From an uncultured Myxococcales bacterium (GTDB lineage: Bacteria > Myxococcota_A > Bradymonadia > REDH01), in the NCBI GenBank assembly GCA_964520965.1, contig CAZFPM010000002.1, positions 188-43,785 on the forward strand: 43,598 bases of DNA. The letters are read 5' to 3'. Under the pieces are notes generated by a model. The model saw only the letters and a list, made by a program, of their open reading frames with translations. It made no database searches and had not been told where the DNA came from. Within the stretch, counting starts at the first letter, position 1; each line of letters starts with the position of its first letter. Below, one piece after another: positions 19,732 to 28,430 of this stretch. A program made the translations under genes and the position numbers.

Positions 19732-20674
19732 GTGAAACGTCTCGCGATTGGGGAGAGCGTGCAGCGTCGGCCTGGGCGCGAACGACGACCGCGAGTCCTA
19801 GCAGGAGGAGCGCGCCGCCGCCAACCTCGAACCGGGCGATCGGCTCGCCGAGCACGAAGAACGCGAGGATCGCGGCCCCGACGGGCTCTAGGAGTACGAC
19901 CAACGAGACGATGGCCGCACCGACCCGGCGAAGCGCGAAGAGGAGCGCATTGTGGCCGATCAGCTGCGGGAACACGGCGAGCCCCAAGAACGCCATCCAG
20001 GTCGTCGGGTCGTATCCGCGCAGTGGGTGACCGCCGAGAAGAAGGGCGACGGCCAACACCACCGCGGCCACGGAGTTCGCGCCCGCGGCGTACGCGATCA
20101 GACCCATCTGCTGCCGTGCCCTGCGGCTGACGACCAGGTAGGTTGCCATCAGCCAGGCGCCGACGACAGCCAACGCCAGCCCCGGTAGCGAGACCGCAGT
20201 GTCGTTGCCCGCGCCCGCGTTCGCGCCGATCACCGCCGCCCCGGCGAGGGCGATCGCCACGCCGAGCCAGGCCCGAAAACCGAGGGCCCGTTCGTCTCGC
20301 AGAAAGGGAGCGGCCGCAGCGATCCAGACCGGCGTGGTCGTGACGAGCAGCGTAGAGCTGGCGACCGACGTCAGCTCCAGAGAAGCCATCCACGCCCAGA
20401 AGTGGAACGCGAGCGCCGTTCCACCGATGAGGATCGGTCCGACCGCCAGTCTGCCGGCGCCGCGCGCCCGCGTCGCCATCAGCCAGCCGCCGAGGAGCAG
20501 AGCTGACAGGGCGACGCGGTAGAAGGCGGTGACGACCGCCGGCGCGTCGCTGAGACGGATCAAGACGGCCGCGCTCGACAGGGCGCAGACACCGAGCGCG
20601 AGTGTCAGCGCCGAGAGTCCTGCGGTCGAGCCGGGTTCCGCGGCAGAAGCATGGCCGGGCGATCGAGATGTCAC
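19712..20674 (-). CDS. EamA/DMT family transporter
   Basis: About 10 TM segments; AFYRVALS, SLELTSVASSTLL, FPQLIGH and LLEPVGA. GTG 20674 forms a GTGA overlap with the upstream stop. Confidence 0.9.
   Translation of the reverse strand: MTSRSPGHASAAEPGSTAGLSALTLALGVCALSSAAVLIRLSDAPAVVTAFYRVALSALLLGGWLMATRARGAGRLAVGPILIGGTALAFHFWAWMASLELTSVASSTLLVTTTPVWIAAAAPFLRDERALGFRAWLGVAIALAGAAVIGANAGAGNDTAVSLPGLALAVVGAWLMATYLVVSRRARQQMGLIAYAAGANSVAAVVLAVALLLGGHPLRGYDPTTWMAFLGLAVFPQLIGHNALLFALRRVGAAIVSLVVLLEPVGAAILAFFVLGEPIARFEVGGGALLLLGLAVVVRAQADAARSPQSRDVSRETPTG
19724..19739. promoter_or_regulatory. parS: parS site overlapping the luxE start codon
   Basis: TGTTTCACGTGAAACG has 1 mismatch to the consensus. 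It encodes VSRET at the EamA C-terminus and contains the luxE GTG. Confidence 0.85.
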
Positions 20675-21546
20675 GAGTGGAGTGTCCACCGCTCGAGCCG
20701 GTTGCCTCGCCAGATCCAGGCGCGGGGCGAGACGGCATGCGGCCGGCCCAACCAATCGGCGCTGGCCCGGCTCAGAAGGCGGTCGACCGCGTGGGGCCGA
20801 TCGACCGGAGCGGCGTAGACCCGGTCACGGGTCGGCACAGCCAGCAGGAGATCCGCCCCGCAGACCCCAGCAACCTCTTGCCAGAACTCGGGCAACAGAA
20901 GGCGCGAAGAGTCCAATCCGTCGCCTCCGCGCAGGAAGTAGATCTCGACCCCATCGTGTTCGTCCCACATCACAGCGGTGTCTCGTGACCGGAGCCATAG
21001 GTTGTGTCGACTCCGCTCCAAGAGCAGGCCGAGATCCGCTCCCCAGAGCTCGACGTCGCGCTGCAGAAGCCACTGGCCGGTATGCGGCCCCTCGCGCACG
21101 AACCCCACGGCGAGGTCCGGCTGCAGGAGCAGAGTCGCACGGGCACAATCGCCAACGGCCTCGGCTCGATCGAGGGGCAGCGGCACCGGCAACAGCGTGT
21201 CGAGGCACTCTCGTTCCCAGCGTTCGCTGAGCGGCCGTCGGCGGAGCGCTCGATCGAGCTCCGCGATGACATGGTCCACGCCCAGGCCCGCCCGCCCGAC
21301 GTCGGCGCCGATGACCCGCTTGAGATGCGTGAGCGACGCCACAGCCTGCGCTCGCTCGTGGCAGAGGTACACGACGCCGTCTTCGGCGGCCACGTCGGCG
21401 CCCCGGAATCGGGCCCTCAACGATGCGCATACCAGCGCCTCGATCCCCGACGGCCGCCGCCTCGTTCGAGAGCGGCCGAAGACGACCACGCCCAAGACGA
21501 CACAGATGCCGCCCGCGAGCAGGGCGATGCCGGTCAGCCAATCCAT
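20671..21546 (-). CDS. Membrane-anchored DUF1444/YtpQ-like protein
   Basis: N-terminal TM helix; GDGLDSSRLLL and LLLAVPTRDR resemble DUF1444 conserved blocks. Confidence 0.6.
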   Translation of the reverse strand: MDWLTGIALLAGGICVVLGVVVFGRSRTRRRPSGIEALVCASLRARFRGADVAAEDGVVYLCHERAQAVASLTHLKRVIGADVGRAGLGVDHVIAELDRALRRRPLSERWERECLDTLLPVPLPLDRAEAVGDCARATLLLQPDLAVGFVREGPHTGQWLLQRDVELWGADLGLLLERSRHNLWLRSRDTAVMWDEHDGVEIYFLRGGDGLDSSRLLLPEFWQEVAGVCGADLLLAVPTRDRVYAAPVDRPHAVDRLLSRASADWLGRPHAVSPRAWIWRGNRLERWTLHS

Positions 21547-21570
21547 TCGGCCACAGGATAAAGGCGCGCG

Positions 21571-21586
21571 TGTTTCACGTGAAACA
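21571..21586. promoter_or_regulatory. parS: parS site (perfect palindrome)
   Basis: TGTTTCACGTGAAACA is an exact match to the canonical ParB/Spo0J site. It lies 24 bp upstream of the DUF1444-like ATG. Confidence 0.93.
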
Positions 21587-22052
21587 ACGACCCGGTCGGG
21601 TCCGCACACCCCCCACTCTAGCCGGCATCCCTCCCAGGATCACCTGGCGATCCACACCAGGCAGGGCGCGAACGAGGCGCATCGGTCCGACCAACACCGC
21701 CTCACGGCGGGCCCACGCAAGAATCCTGCCGACTTCGCTCCCAGCGCCCCCGGACCCACCGCTTGGTACGAGAAAAACCACGATCCCGCAATTCCCCTTA
21801 GATTCTCGCCAGTTGCGCGCCCGACACCGCGCGAGCCACCAAAAGGCACCAAAAACCAGGACGTTACAAGGCGCCCCCAGATCGATCAGATCGCGCGGAT
21901 CGCAGATCCAAGAGGCGCCGTCACCGTGAACGCCTGCCGGGCGAGAGATCGCGCCTCAGCGCGCCTCACGGCGTGTCGTTCGACGCCCCGGCCGGCCATC
22001 GCGCGGCCGGGGCGGCGAATCCGATCGACGGCCCGCATCGGCCGCCAGAGGC

Positions 22053-22484
22053 TCAGAACGGAATCTCGTCGTCTGAGAACGACGTCTCGGCAGGCGCGTC
22101 GGTATCCGAGGGCGGCGGCGGGAAGTCGGAACCACGTCCGGCCCCGGCCTCGCGACCGCCCACGAACACCACGTCGCGGGCGACGATCTCCGTCGTCCAC
22201 CGCTTGTTGCCCTCCTTGTCCTGCCACTCCCGCGTCTGGATCCGGCCCTCGACGTAGACCATGCGCCCCTTCTGGAGGAAGCGCGCCGAGTTCTCACCCT
22301 GGCGCCCCCACACGATGACGCGGTGCCACTCCGTCCGCTCCTGCTGCTCACCGCTCTTGTCCTGCCAGCGCTCGTTCGTTGCGACGCGGAACTCGCAGAC
22401 CGCCTGGCCGCTCGTCGTGTGCCGCAGCTCCGGGTCGGCGCCGAGATTGCCGAGAATGATCACTTTGTTGACCGAACTTGCCAC
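22053..22484 (-). CDS. ssb: Single-stranded DNA-binding protein
   Basis: [36 protein letters not shown] and acidic tail DDEIPF; RBS AGGAG precedes GTG 22484. Confidence 0.97.
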   Translation of the reverse strand: MASSVNKVIILGNLGADPELRHTTSGQAVCEFRVATNERWQDKSGEQQERTEWHRVIVWGRQGENSARFLQKGRMVYVEGRIQTREWQDKEGNKRWTTEIVARDVVFVGGREAGAGRGSDFPPPPSDTDAPAETSFSDDEIPF

Positions 22485-22994
22485 GATGAACTCCTGTCGT
22501 TGGGAAGGTGTGCTCCGCGACACGGATGGTCGGACGTTGTCCGAGGATGTTGCGTGCGATCTGCTCGAGCGCCGACCGTCGAGGGGAGACCCTCGTCCGT
22601 CCGGCGTGGCGCGGACGGCTCGAATCGATGATGGAATCCCTACGATCTCGTGGCGTCGAGGTCCAGCGCCGTGCGGTCGCGCGGCCGCCGTCGACAACGA
22701 TGGCTCGGTGTCGAGACTCGGCAAGCCGCCCGGACACTGCGCAGCGTTCACATACCAGCTCTGCGCGGCGGTGCATCGGCCGGCGCTCGGCGCTGCGATG
22801 CCACCAGCAGAGCTCGGCCAGAGGAGGGCCGATACCCGGAGCGGCCCAGTCTCTGCGCAGCGCCGACCCTTCGGGCCGACTCCATGTGGACTCCATGTGC
22901 AGAACCAAGCCCAACCCCGCATTCCTCGCGGGAATCGCCACGACCAAACAGGGTCGCCGGCCGCCGGTGTTTGCTTCGCCGTGTGCTCCCCGCG

Positions 22995-23036
22995 CGCCGC
23001 CTCTTCGAGAACCACAGGGTCTTCGAAGAGACGGCG
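22995..23036 (-). terminator. Imperfect 19-bp stem-loop downstream of etfA (possible terminator or stability hairpin)
   Basis: Arms CGCCGCCTCTTCGAGAACC / GGTCTTCGAAGAGACGGCG with a 4-nt loop. Two of the three mismatches become G-U pairs on the minus strand. There is no U-tract. Confidence 0.35.
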
Positions 23037-23112
23037 GGTCGAGGAATCGCTGTTGGCTGCCGGGCGCGCGAAGGACCATTGGCGGGGCTGCCGAAGCGGT
23101 CGCTCGGGCGGC

Positions 23113-24075
23113 TTACCCGAGCTTCTCGGTCAGTTCCGGAACGACGTTGAAGGCATCAGCGACGAGACCGTAGTCGGCCACTTGGAAGATCGGCGCTTCG
23201 GGATCCTTGTTGATCGCGACGATGGTCTTCGAGCCCTTCATGCCGGCCAGGTGCTGGATGGCGCCCGAGATGGCGACGGCAAAGTAGAGGTTCGGCGCGA
23301 CGATCTTTCCGGTCTGGCCGATCTGCCAGTCGTTCGGCGCGTAGCCGGAGTCGACGGCGGCACGGGACGCACCGAGCGCGGCGCCGAGCTGATCGGCGAA
23401 CACCTCGAGCATGTGGAAGCCGTCGGCGGACTTCAATCCGCGGCCGCCGGCGACGACGACATCGGCCTCCGTGAGGTCCGGTCGATCGGACTTCACGAGG
23501 TGGAACGCCACGAACTCCGCACCTTCGGCGGCTGTCACGCCGCCGGACCGCTTGTCGACCGAACCGCCGACACCGCCAGCGACCGGGTCGAACGCAGTCT
23601 GGCGCACGGTGACGCACGTGACGTCGGCGTCGCTGGCGACGCATTCGATGAGGTTGCCGGACAGCACCGGCCGCTTGTAGGCGATGCCTCCCTCGTCGTC
23701 GTCGTCGTAGACCGCGATCACGTCGCTGACCATGCCTCCGTCGACGAGCGCGGCTGCGCGGGGGAGGAAGTCCTTGCCGGTGGTGGTTGCGGCGGTGGCG
23801 ATGATCTCGGCGTCGAGCTCGCCGGCAACGGCGGCGACGGCCGGTGCGTACGACTCAGCGAGGTAGTTCGCGAACGACGGATCGTCGATGTAGACGACCT
23901 TGCCGACGTGGCCGGCGAGCTCTGTAGCGACGTCATCGACGCCGCTTCCGAGAACGAGGCCAACGACCTCACCTTCTTCGATCTCGGCCGCTTGATTGGC
24001 AAACCCGAGAGCAGAGAGGGTCGCGCCCTTCAACTTGCCTTCGAGGTGCTCGGCGACAACTAGAATGGTGGTCAT
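23113..24075 (-). CDS. etfA: Electron transfer flavoprotein alpha subunit
   Basis: [42 protein letters not shown] and [11 protein letters not shown]. Confidence 0.97.
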   Translation of the reverse strand: MTTILVVAEHLEGKLKGATLSALGFANQAAEIEEGEVVGLVLGSGVDDVATELAGHVGKVVYIDDPSFANYLAESYAPAVAAVAGELDAEIIATAATTTGKDFLPRAAALVDGGMVSDVIAVYDDDDEGGIAYKRPVLSGNLIECVASDADVTCVTVRQTAFDPVAGGVGGSVDKRSGGVTAAEGAEFVAFHLVKSDRPDLTEADVVVAGGRGLKSADGFHMLEVFADQLGAALGASRAAVDSGYAPNDWQIGQTGKIVAPNLYFAVAISGAIQHLAGMKGSKTIVAINKDPEAPIFQVADYGLVADAFNVVPELTEKLG

Positions 24076-24141
24076 GTGTACTTCTCCGTACAGGTCTCGT
24101 CCCGTTCGGGGCGGGACGTGTGAATCGTTGTCGGGGGACCT

Positions 24142-24888
24142 CTAGAGGACCTTGGCTTCGTTCTTGAGCTTGTCGATGAGCTCGTCGACGTCGGCGACGA
24201 GCACGCCGGCCGCGCGCTCCGGCGGGAGCTCGTAGCCGATGGTGCGCGTCTGGCGCTCGACATCGGCGAGGTCCGCGCCGTCGATCACGTCGAGGGGCTT
24301 CCGCTTCGCCTTCATGATTCCCGGCAGCGACGCGTATCGCGGCTCGTTGAGCCGAAGGTCGGCGGTGACAATGGCCGGGAGCTTCACCTTCACGTCGGCC
24401 GTGCCGCCATCGACCTCGCGACCGACCAACGCCCAGCCGTCCTCGACGGCGAGGCTGTGGGCGAAGGTGCCCTGGGGCATTCCGGCGATGGCGCCGAGCA
24501 TCTGCCCGACCTGGTTGTTCTCGGAGTCGACAGAGAGCTTGCCCATCAGGACGAGCCCGGGCTTCTCCTTCTCGACCACGGCGGCCAGAAGACGCGCGAC
24601 GGCGAGGGTGTCGAGGTCGTCGCTGTCGGCGCTGACCAGGATGCCGCGGTCCGCCCCCATCGCGAGCGCCTGCCGGATCTCCTTCTGCGCCGCCTCGGAG
24701 CCGACGCTGACCACGACGATCTCGTCGGCTTTTCCTGCCTCTTTGAGCCGAATGGCCTCTTCGACCGCGTATTCGTCGAAGGGGTTGAGAACGTAATCGA
24801 CGTTGCCGGTGTCCAGCCGTCCGTCGGCGCCCAGCTTGACCTTCATGTCGGGATCGATGGCCCGCTTCACCGTTACCAGAACCTTCAT
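24142..24888 (-). CDS. etfB: Electron transfer flavoprotein beta subunit
   Basis: MKVLVTVKR, NPFDEYAVEEA, ALAMGADRG and LRLNEPRYASLPGIMKAK; RBS AAGGAG is 6 nt before ATG 24888. Confidence 0.97.
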   Translation of the reverse strand: MKVLVTVKRAIDPDMKVKLGADGRLDTGNVDYVLNPFDEYAVEEAIRLKEAGKADEIVVVSVGSEAAQKEIRQALAMGADRGILVSADSDDLDTLAVARLLAAVVEKEKPGLVLMGKLSVDSENNQVGQMLGAIAGMPQGTFAHSLAVEDGWALVGREVDGGTADVKVKLPAIVTADLRLNEPRYASLPGIMKAKRKPLDVIDGADLADVERQTRTIGYELPPERAAGVLVADVDELIDKLKNEAKVL

Positions 24889-24937
24889 TCTCATCTCCTT
24901 TTCGGCGGTCACCGTCTCCGGCGACCCGGACGCGCGC

Positions 24938-25537
24938 TCACGGCGCTTTCATTCCGTGCAGAAACAGATTCGACAGCTGCTCGGCGGCGATCTCGATGTC
25001 AACAGAGCGATGCCGAGACGCCAGGGTCAGCGTCAACAGCACCTCGTCGAGAGCTCCGAACACGGCTCGCACCGTGGCGCGCGCGTCGATGTTCGGAAGC
25101 AACGTGCCCTCGGCCTGCCCTTCCTCGACCAGGTCCCGGAGCACCTTCAGGTAGCTCAGGAACTTCGGATTCTCGTAATCCTTGATGAACTTACCGCTCT
25201 GGCGCAGCTCGACCGTGATGAACTCCGCCAGGTCCGGGGACTCGTGGGCGATCGACAGGTGCATGAACACCATGCGCCGAATGCGATCGACCGCGCTGCC
25301 ACCCACTCTCTCCAACTCCTCGACCAGGCGCGTGATCAGGTAGTCCATCCGATCTTCGAACAGACTGATCAGCAGGTCGTCCTTGTTTCGGAAGTAGAGG
25401 TAGATGGTCCCGTCGGCGACGCCGGCCTCCCGCGCTACCTCGGAGACCTTCGCGTTGTAGAAGCCCCGGTCGGCGAACACCTTGAGGGCTGCCGAGAGGA
25501 TTCGCTCTCGCTTGTCCTGAACTCTCTCTTTCGTCAC
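24938..25537 (-). CDS. TetR/AcrR transcriptional regulator, FadR(YsiA)-like
   Basis: HTH VSEVAREAGVADGTIYLYFRNKDDLL and ELRQS. It precedes etfBA, as B. subtilis fadR does in its operon. Confidence 0.88.
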   Translation of the reverse strand: MTKERVQDKRERILSAALKVFADRGFYNAKVSEVAREAGVADGTIYLYFRNKDDLLISLFEDRMDYLITRLVEELERVGGSAVDRIRRMVFMHLSIAHESPDLAEFITVELRQSGKFIKDYENPKFLSYLKVLRDLVEEGQAEGTLLPNIDARATVRAVFGALDEVLLTLTLASRHRSVDIEIAAEQLSNLFLHGMKAP

Positions 25538-25598
25538 CGTCGACCCGGTGCCAAAGCCTTGATTTCGGGGCCCACGCGACAGGCTGTCTGCCGCTCTA

Positions 25599-25644
25599 AT
25601 GAACCGTCATTCAGGTGTCAAGGCGTCACTGAATGACGATTCAG
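25599..25644 (-). promoter_or_regulatory. tetR-etfBA promoter: -35 TTGACA flanked by two inverted FadR-box-like operators
   Basis: ATGAACCGTCATTCAG (25599-25614) and CTGAATGACGATTCAG (25629-25644); TGTCAA at 25616-25621 reads TTGACA on the minus strand; a weak -10 TAGAGC follows at 17 bp spacing. Confidence 0.7.
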
Positions 25645-25675
25645 TCAGCTCGCGGCCCAAGACGACTTCGATGAG

Positions 25676-26761
25676 TCACACGCCCCGATCGGCTGGCGGT
25701 TGCGCTCTTCGCGAAGCCAGGGCGTCGGCCAGGACCAGCGCCGTCATCGCCTCGACGATCGGCACTGCTCTCGGAAGCACGCACGGGTCGTGTCGGCCAC
25801 GCGCCGTCACCGTCGTCTCCTCGCCGTCGCGCGTGACCGTCCGCTGCGGCCGGAAGATGGTGGCGACCGGCTTGAAGGCGACCCGGAACGCGATCACTTC
25901 GCCGTTGGTGATGCCGCCCTGTACCCCGCCGGAGTGGTTGGACGACGTCCGGACCCGCTCGTTCCGCATCTCGAACGGATCGTTGTGCGCGGAGCCAGGC
26001 ATCCGCGTGCCCGCGAAACCGCTCCCGATCTCGAACCCGCGGGCGGCGGGCAACGACACCATCGCCGCGGCGAGCTCGGCATCGATCTTGGCGAATACGG
26101 GATCACCCAGACCGGCCGGAAGACCTCGGACGACGCAACGAACGCAACCGCCGACGGAGTCCTTGTCGTTCCGAACGGCGGCGATGCGCGCCTGCATCTC
26201 GTCCGCGGCCTGCCCGTCCGGACACCGGACATCATTGGCATCGACATCGTCGCGCGTGACCGACTCCGGGTCGACCGAGGCGCCGATGTCCGCGACGTCA
26301 CTCACCCACGCCACGATCTCGACCGACGTCGGTAGGGTCAGGGCAGCGACGGCCCCGGCGGCGACCCGCGCTGCGGTCTCCCGCGCGCTCGCTCTGCCCC
26401 CGCCTCGCCAATCGCGTTCACCGTAGCGCGCCTCGTAGGTGAAGTCGGCGTGCGATGGTCGATAGAGGTGCTTCAGATCCTCGTATTTCGACGAGTCGGC
26501 ATCGGCGTTGTCGATGACGAGGGAGATCGGTGTTCCGGTGGTGTGCCCCTCGAAGACTCCCGAGAGGATGCGGACGCGATCCGGCTCCTTTCGCGGCGTC
26601 ACGAGCGCGCTCTGGCCCGGTCGCCGACGATCGAGGGCAGGTTGGATCGCCGCGGCATCGAGTGGAACGCCGGGGGGACACCCGTCGACGACGGCGCCGA
26701 TGGCCGGGCCGTGAGACTCGCCCCAGGTCGTCACGCGGAAGAACCGCCCGAAGGTATTCAT
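25676..26761 (-). CDS. aroC: Chorismate synthase
   Basis: [46 protein letters not shown] and GRHDPC; ATGA overlap with the pyrC stop. Confidence 0.97.
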   Translation of the reverse strand: MNTFGRFFRVTTWGESHGPAIGAVVDGCPPGVPLDAAAIQPALDRRRPGQSALVTPRKEPDRVRILSGVFEGHTTGTPISLVIDNADADSSKYEDLKHLYRPSHADFTYEARYGERDWRGGGRASARETAARVAAGAVAALTLPTSVEIVAWVSDVADIGASVDPESVTRDDVDANDVRCPDGQAADEMQARIAAVRNDKDSVGGCVRCVVRGLPAGLGDPVFAKIDAELAAAMVSLPAARGFEIGSGFAGTRMPGSAHNDPFEMRNERVRTSSNHSGGVQGGITNGEVIAFRVAFKPVATIFRPQRTVTRDGEETTVTARGRHDPCVLPRAVPIVEAMTALVLADALASRRAQPPADRGV

Positions 26762-28080
26762 GCCCAATACCCGCCCCGCGAGTGGTCGTAGATGGCCTCG
26801 TGCCCACGGACGTCGTCGTCGATCTTCCCGTCGCGGAACACCTCCCGTCCCATGACCCAGGTGCGAACGGGCCACCCGGTCAGGGAGATCCCGTGCCAGG
26901 GGCTCCACCGACACCGGGTCAGCTGGTCCTCGTCTCGGATCGTCCGAGAGAGGTTGAGGTCGACGAGAACGAGATCGGCATCGTATCCGGCGGTGATTCG
27001 GCCCTTTCCGACGATGTCCCAGACCCGGGCAGGGGCGTCGCACATCCACGAGACGACGTGGTCGAGCGAACAACGGCCGCGAGCGACCTGGTCGAGCATC
27101 AATGCCAGCGAGTTCTCGACGGCCGGCACCCCCGACGGCGATTGCGGATAGGGTCGAGCCTTCTCCTCGAGGGTGTGTGGCGCGTGATCCGTGGCGACGA
27201 CCTGGACGTCTCCGTCGACGAGCGCCGCCCAGAGAGCCTCGCGGTCGGCACGCGACTTGAGCGAGGGGTTCATCTGGATGCGAGTTCCCAGTCGGTCGTA
27301 ATCGTCGACGTCGAAGAAGAGGTGGTGCGGACAGACCTCGGCCGTGATCAGGCCGCGAGCGTCGTTCACCAGCTCGATCTCCGCCGCCGTCGACATGTGC
27401 AACACGTGAAAGCGGTGTTGATGACGAGTGGCGAGGTCGATCGCGCGCCGGGTCGCCACCACAGCGGCTTCCTCGTCGCGGATCCGGGAGTGATCGTGGA
27501 TGCTGGTGGTGGGGCCGATCCGCGCGGCGTTGCGACGGAGGGTCGATTCGTCTTCGCAATGCGCGGTGATCGGCAGGGTCGTCTCGGCGAAGATGCGCTC
27601 GAGGGCATCCTGGTCGTCGACGAGCAGGTTTCCGGTGCTCGAGCCGATGAAGATCTTGATCCCAGGCGTGCGGTGGGCGAGCGCCAGCTCGCCGACGTTG
27701 TCGATAGTGGCGCCGATGTAGAACCCGTAGTTGACGACGGACTTGCGGGCGGCGAGCGCGAGCTTGGCCTCGAGTCGGGCCTGGGTGGTGGTGCTCGGCC
27801 GGGTGTTCGGCATCTCGAGGAACGTCGTGACCCCGCCGGCGGCGCACGCGCGAGACGCCGAGAACAGGTCTTCCTTGTAGGTGACGCCGGGGTCACGGAA
27901 GTGGACCTGGTCGTCGATGACGCCAGGCATGAGGTGCAGTCCATCGGCCTCGACCAGCTCGTCACACGCGGTCGTGGCGGCGGCGTCGACATCGACGATC
28001 GAATGTCCCTCGAACAGGACGTTGGATCGACGGCACCCGTCGGGAAGGGCGACGGTGGCACCTCTAACGAGCATCCTCAT
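26758..28080 (-). CDS. pyrC: Dihydroorotase (amidohydrolase family, DDQVH variant)
   Basis: [50 protein letters not shown] and ATDHAPH. Confidence 0.88.
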   Translation of the reverse strand: MRMLVRGATVALPDGCRRSNVLFEGHSIVDVDAAATTACDELVEADGLHLMPGVIDDQVHFRDPGVTYKEDLFSASRACAAGGVTTFLEMPNTRPSTTTQARLEAKLALAARKSVVNYGFYIGATIDNVGELALAHRTPGIKIFIGSSTGNLLVDDQDALERIFAETTLPITAHCEDESTLRRNAARIGPTTSIHDHSRIRDEEAAVVATRRAIDLATRHQHRFHVLHMSTAAEIELVNDARGLITAEVCPHHLFFDVDDYDRLGTRIQMNPSLKSRADREALWAALVDGDVQVVATDHAPHTLEEKARPYPQSPSGVPAVENSLALMLDQVARGRCSLDHVVSWMCDAPARVWDIVGKGRITAGYDADLVLVDLNLSRTIRDEDQLTRCRWSPWHGISLTGWPVRTWVMGREVFRDGKIDDDVRGHEAIYDHSRGGYWA

Positions 28081-28430
28081 GATCGCTCCGGTGGCAGCGA
28101 GGGGTCGTCCCATCGGCTACCTGCTCCCCGATCTCCGGTCAACGGCGAGGGTGACGGCCGTACCTCCGACGGACCTTGTCGAGCCCGATGGGGCCCGACG
28201 GTCCGTGGGGGCTCGGCACCGGCTTCGTCGCAGAGCCCGGAGCGCTCTATCGGGCCGCCGGCGCAGGTGTCCGAGGCGCTTGCGAAAAACTGTGCCGTCT
28301 CGGTTCCGCGCGCTAAGGTGTGCGCACACGATGCGCGCATCCCTACGGTTTCGATTCCGGGAGTTGGGGGGGCCGGTGCCCGTACGGTGCACACCCCACC
28401 CAGCATGCGGTCTGCAGACGAGGCGGTTCA

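Noticed and set aside
21587-22052. oriC
   Set aside because: No TTATCCACA-type DnaA boxes were seen and dnaA/dnaN are not adjacent.
27398-27413. Possible fourth parS (TGCAACACGTGAAAGC)
   Set aside because: It has five mismatches and is explained by the conserved FHVLH coding sequence of dihydroorotase.
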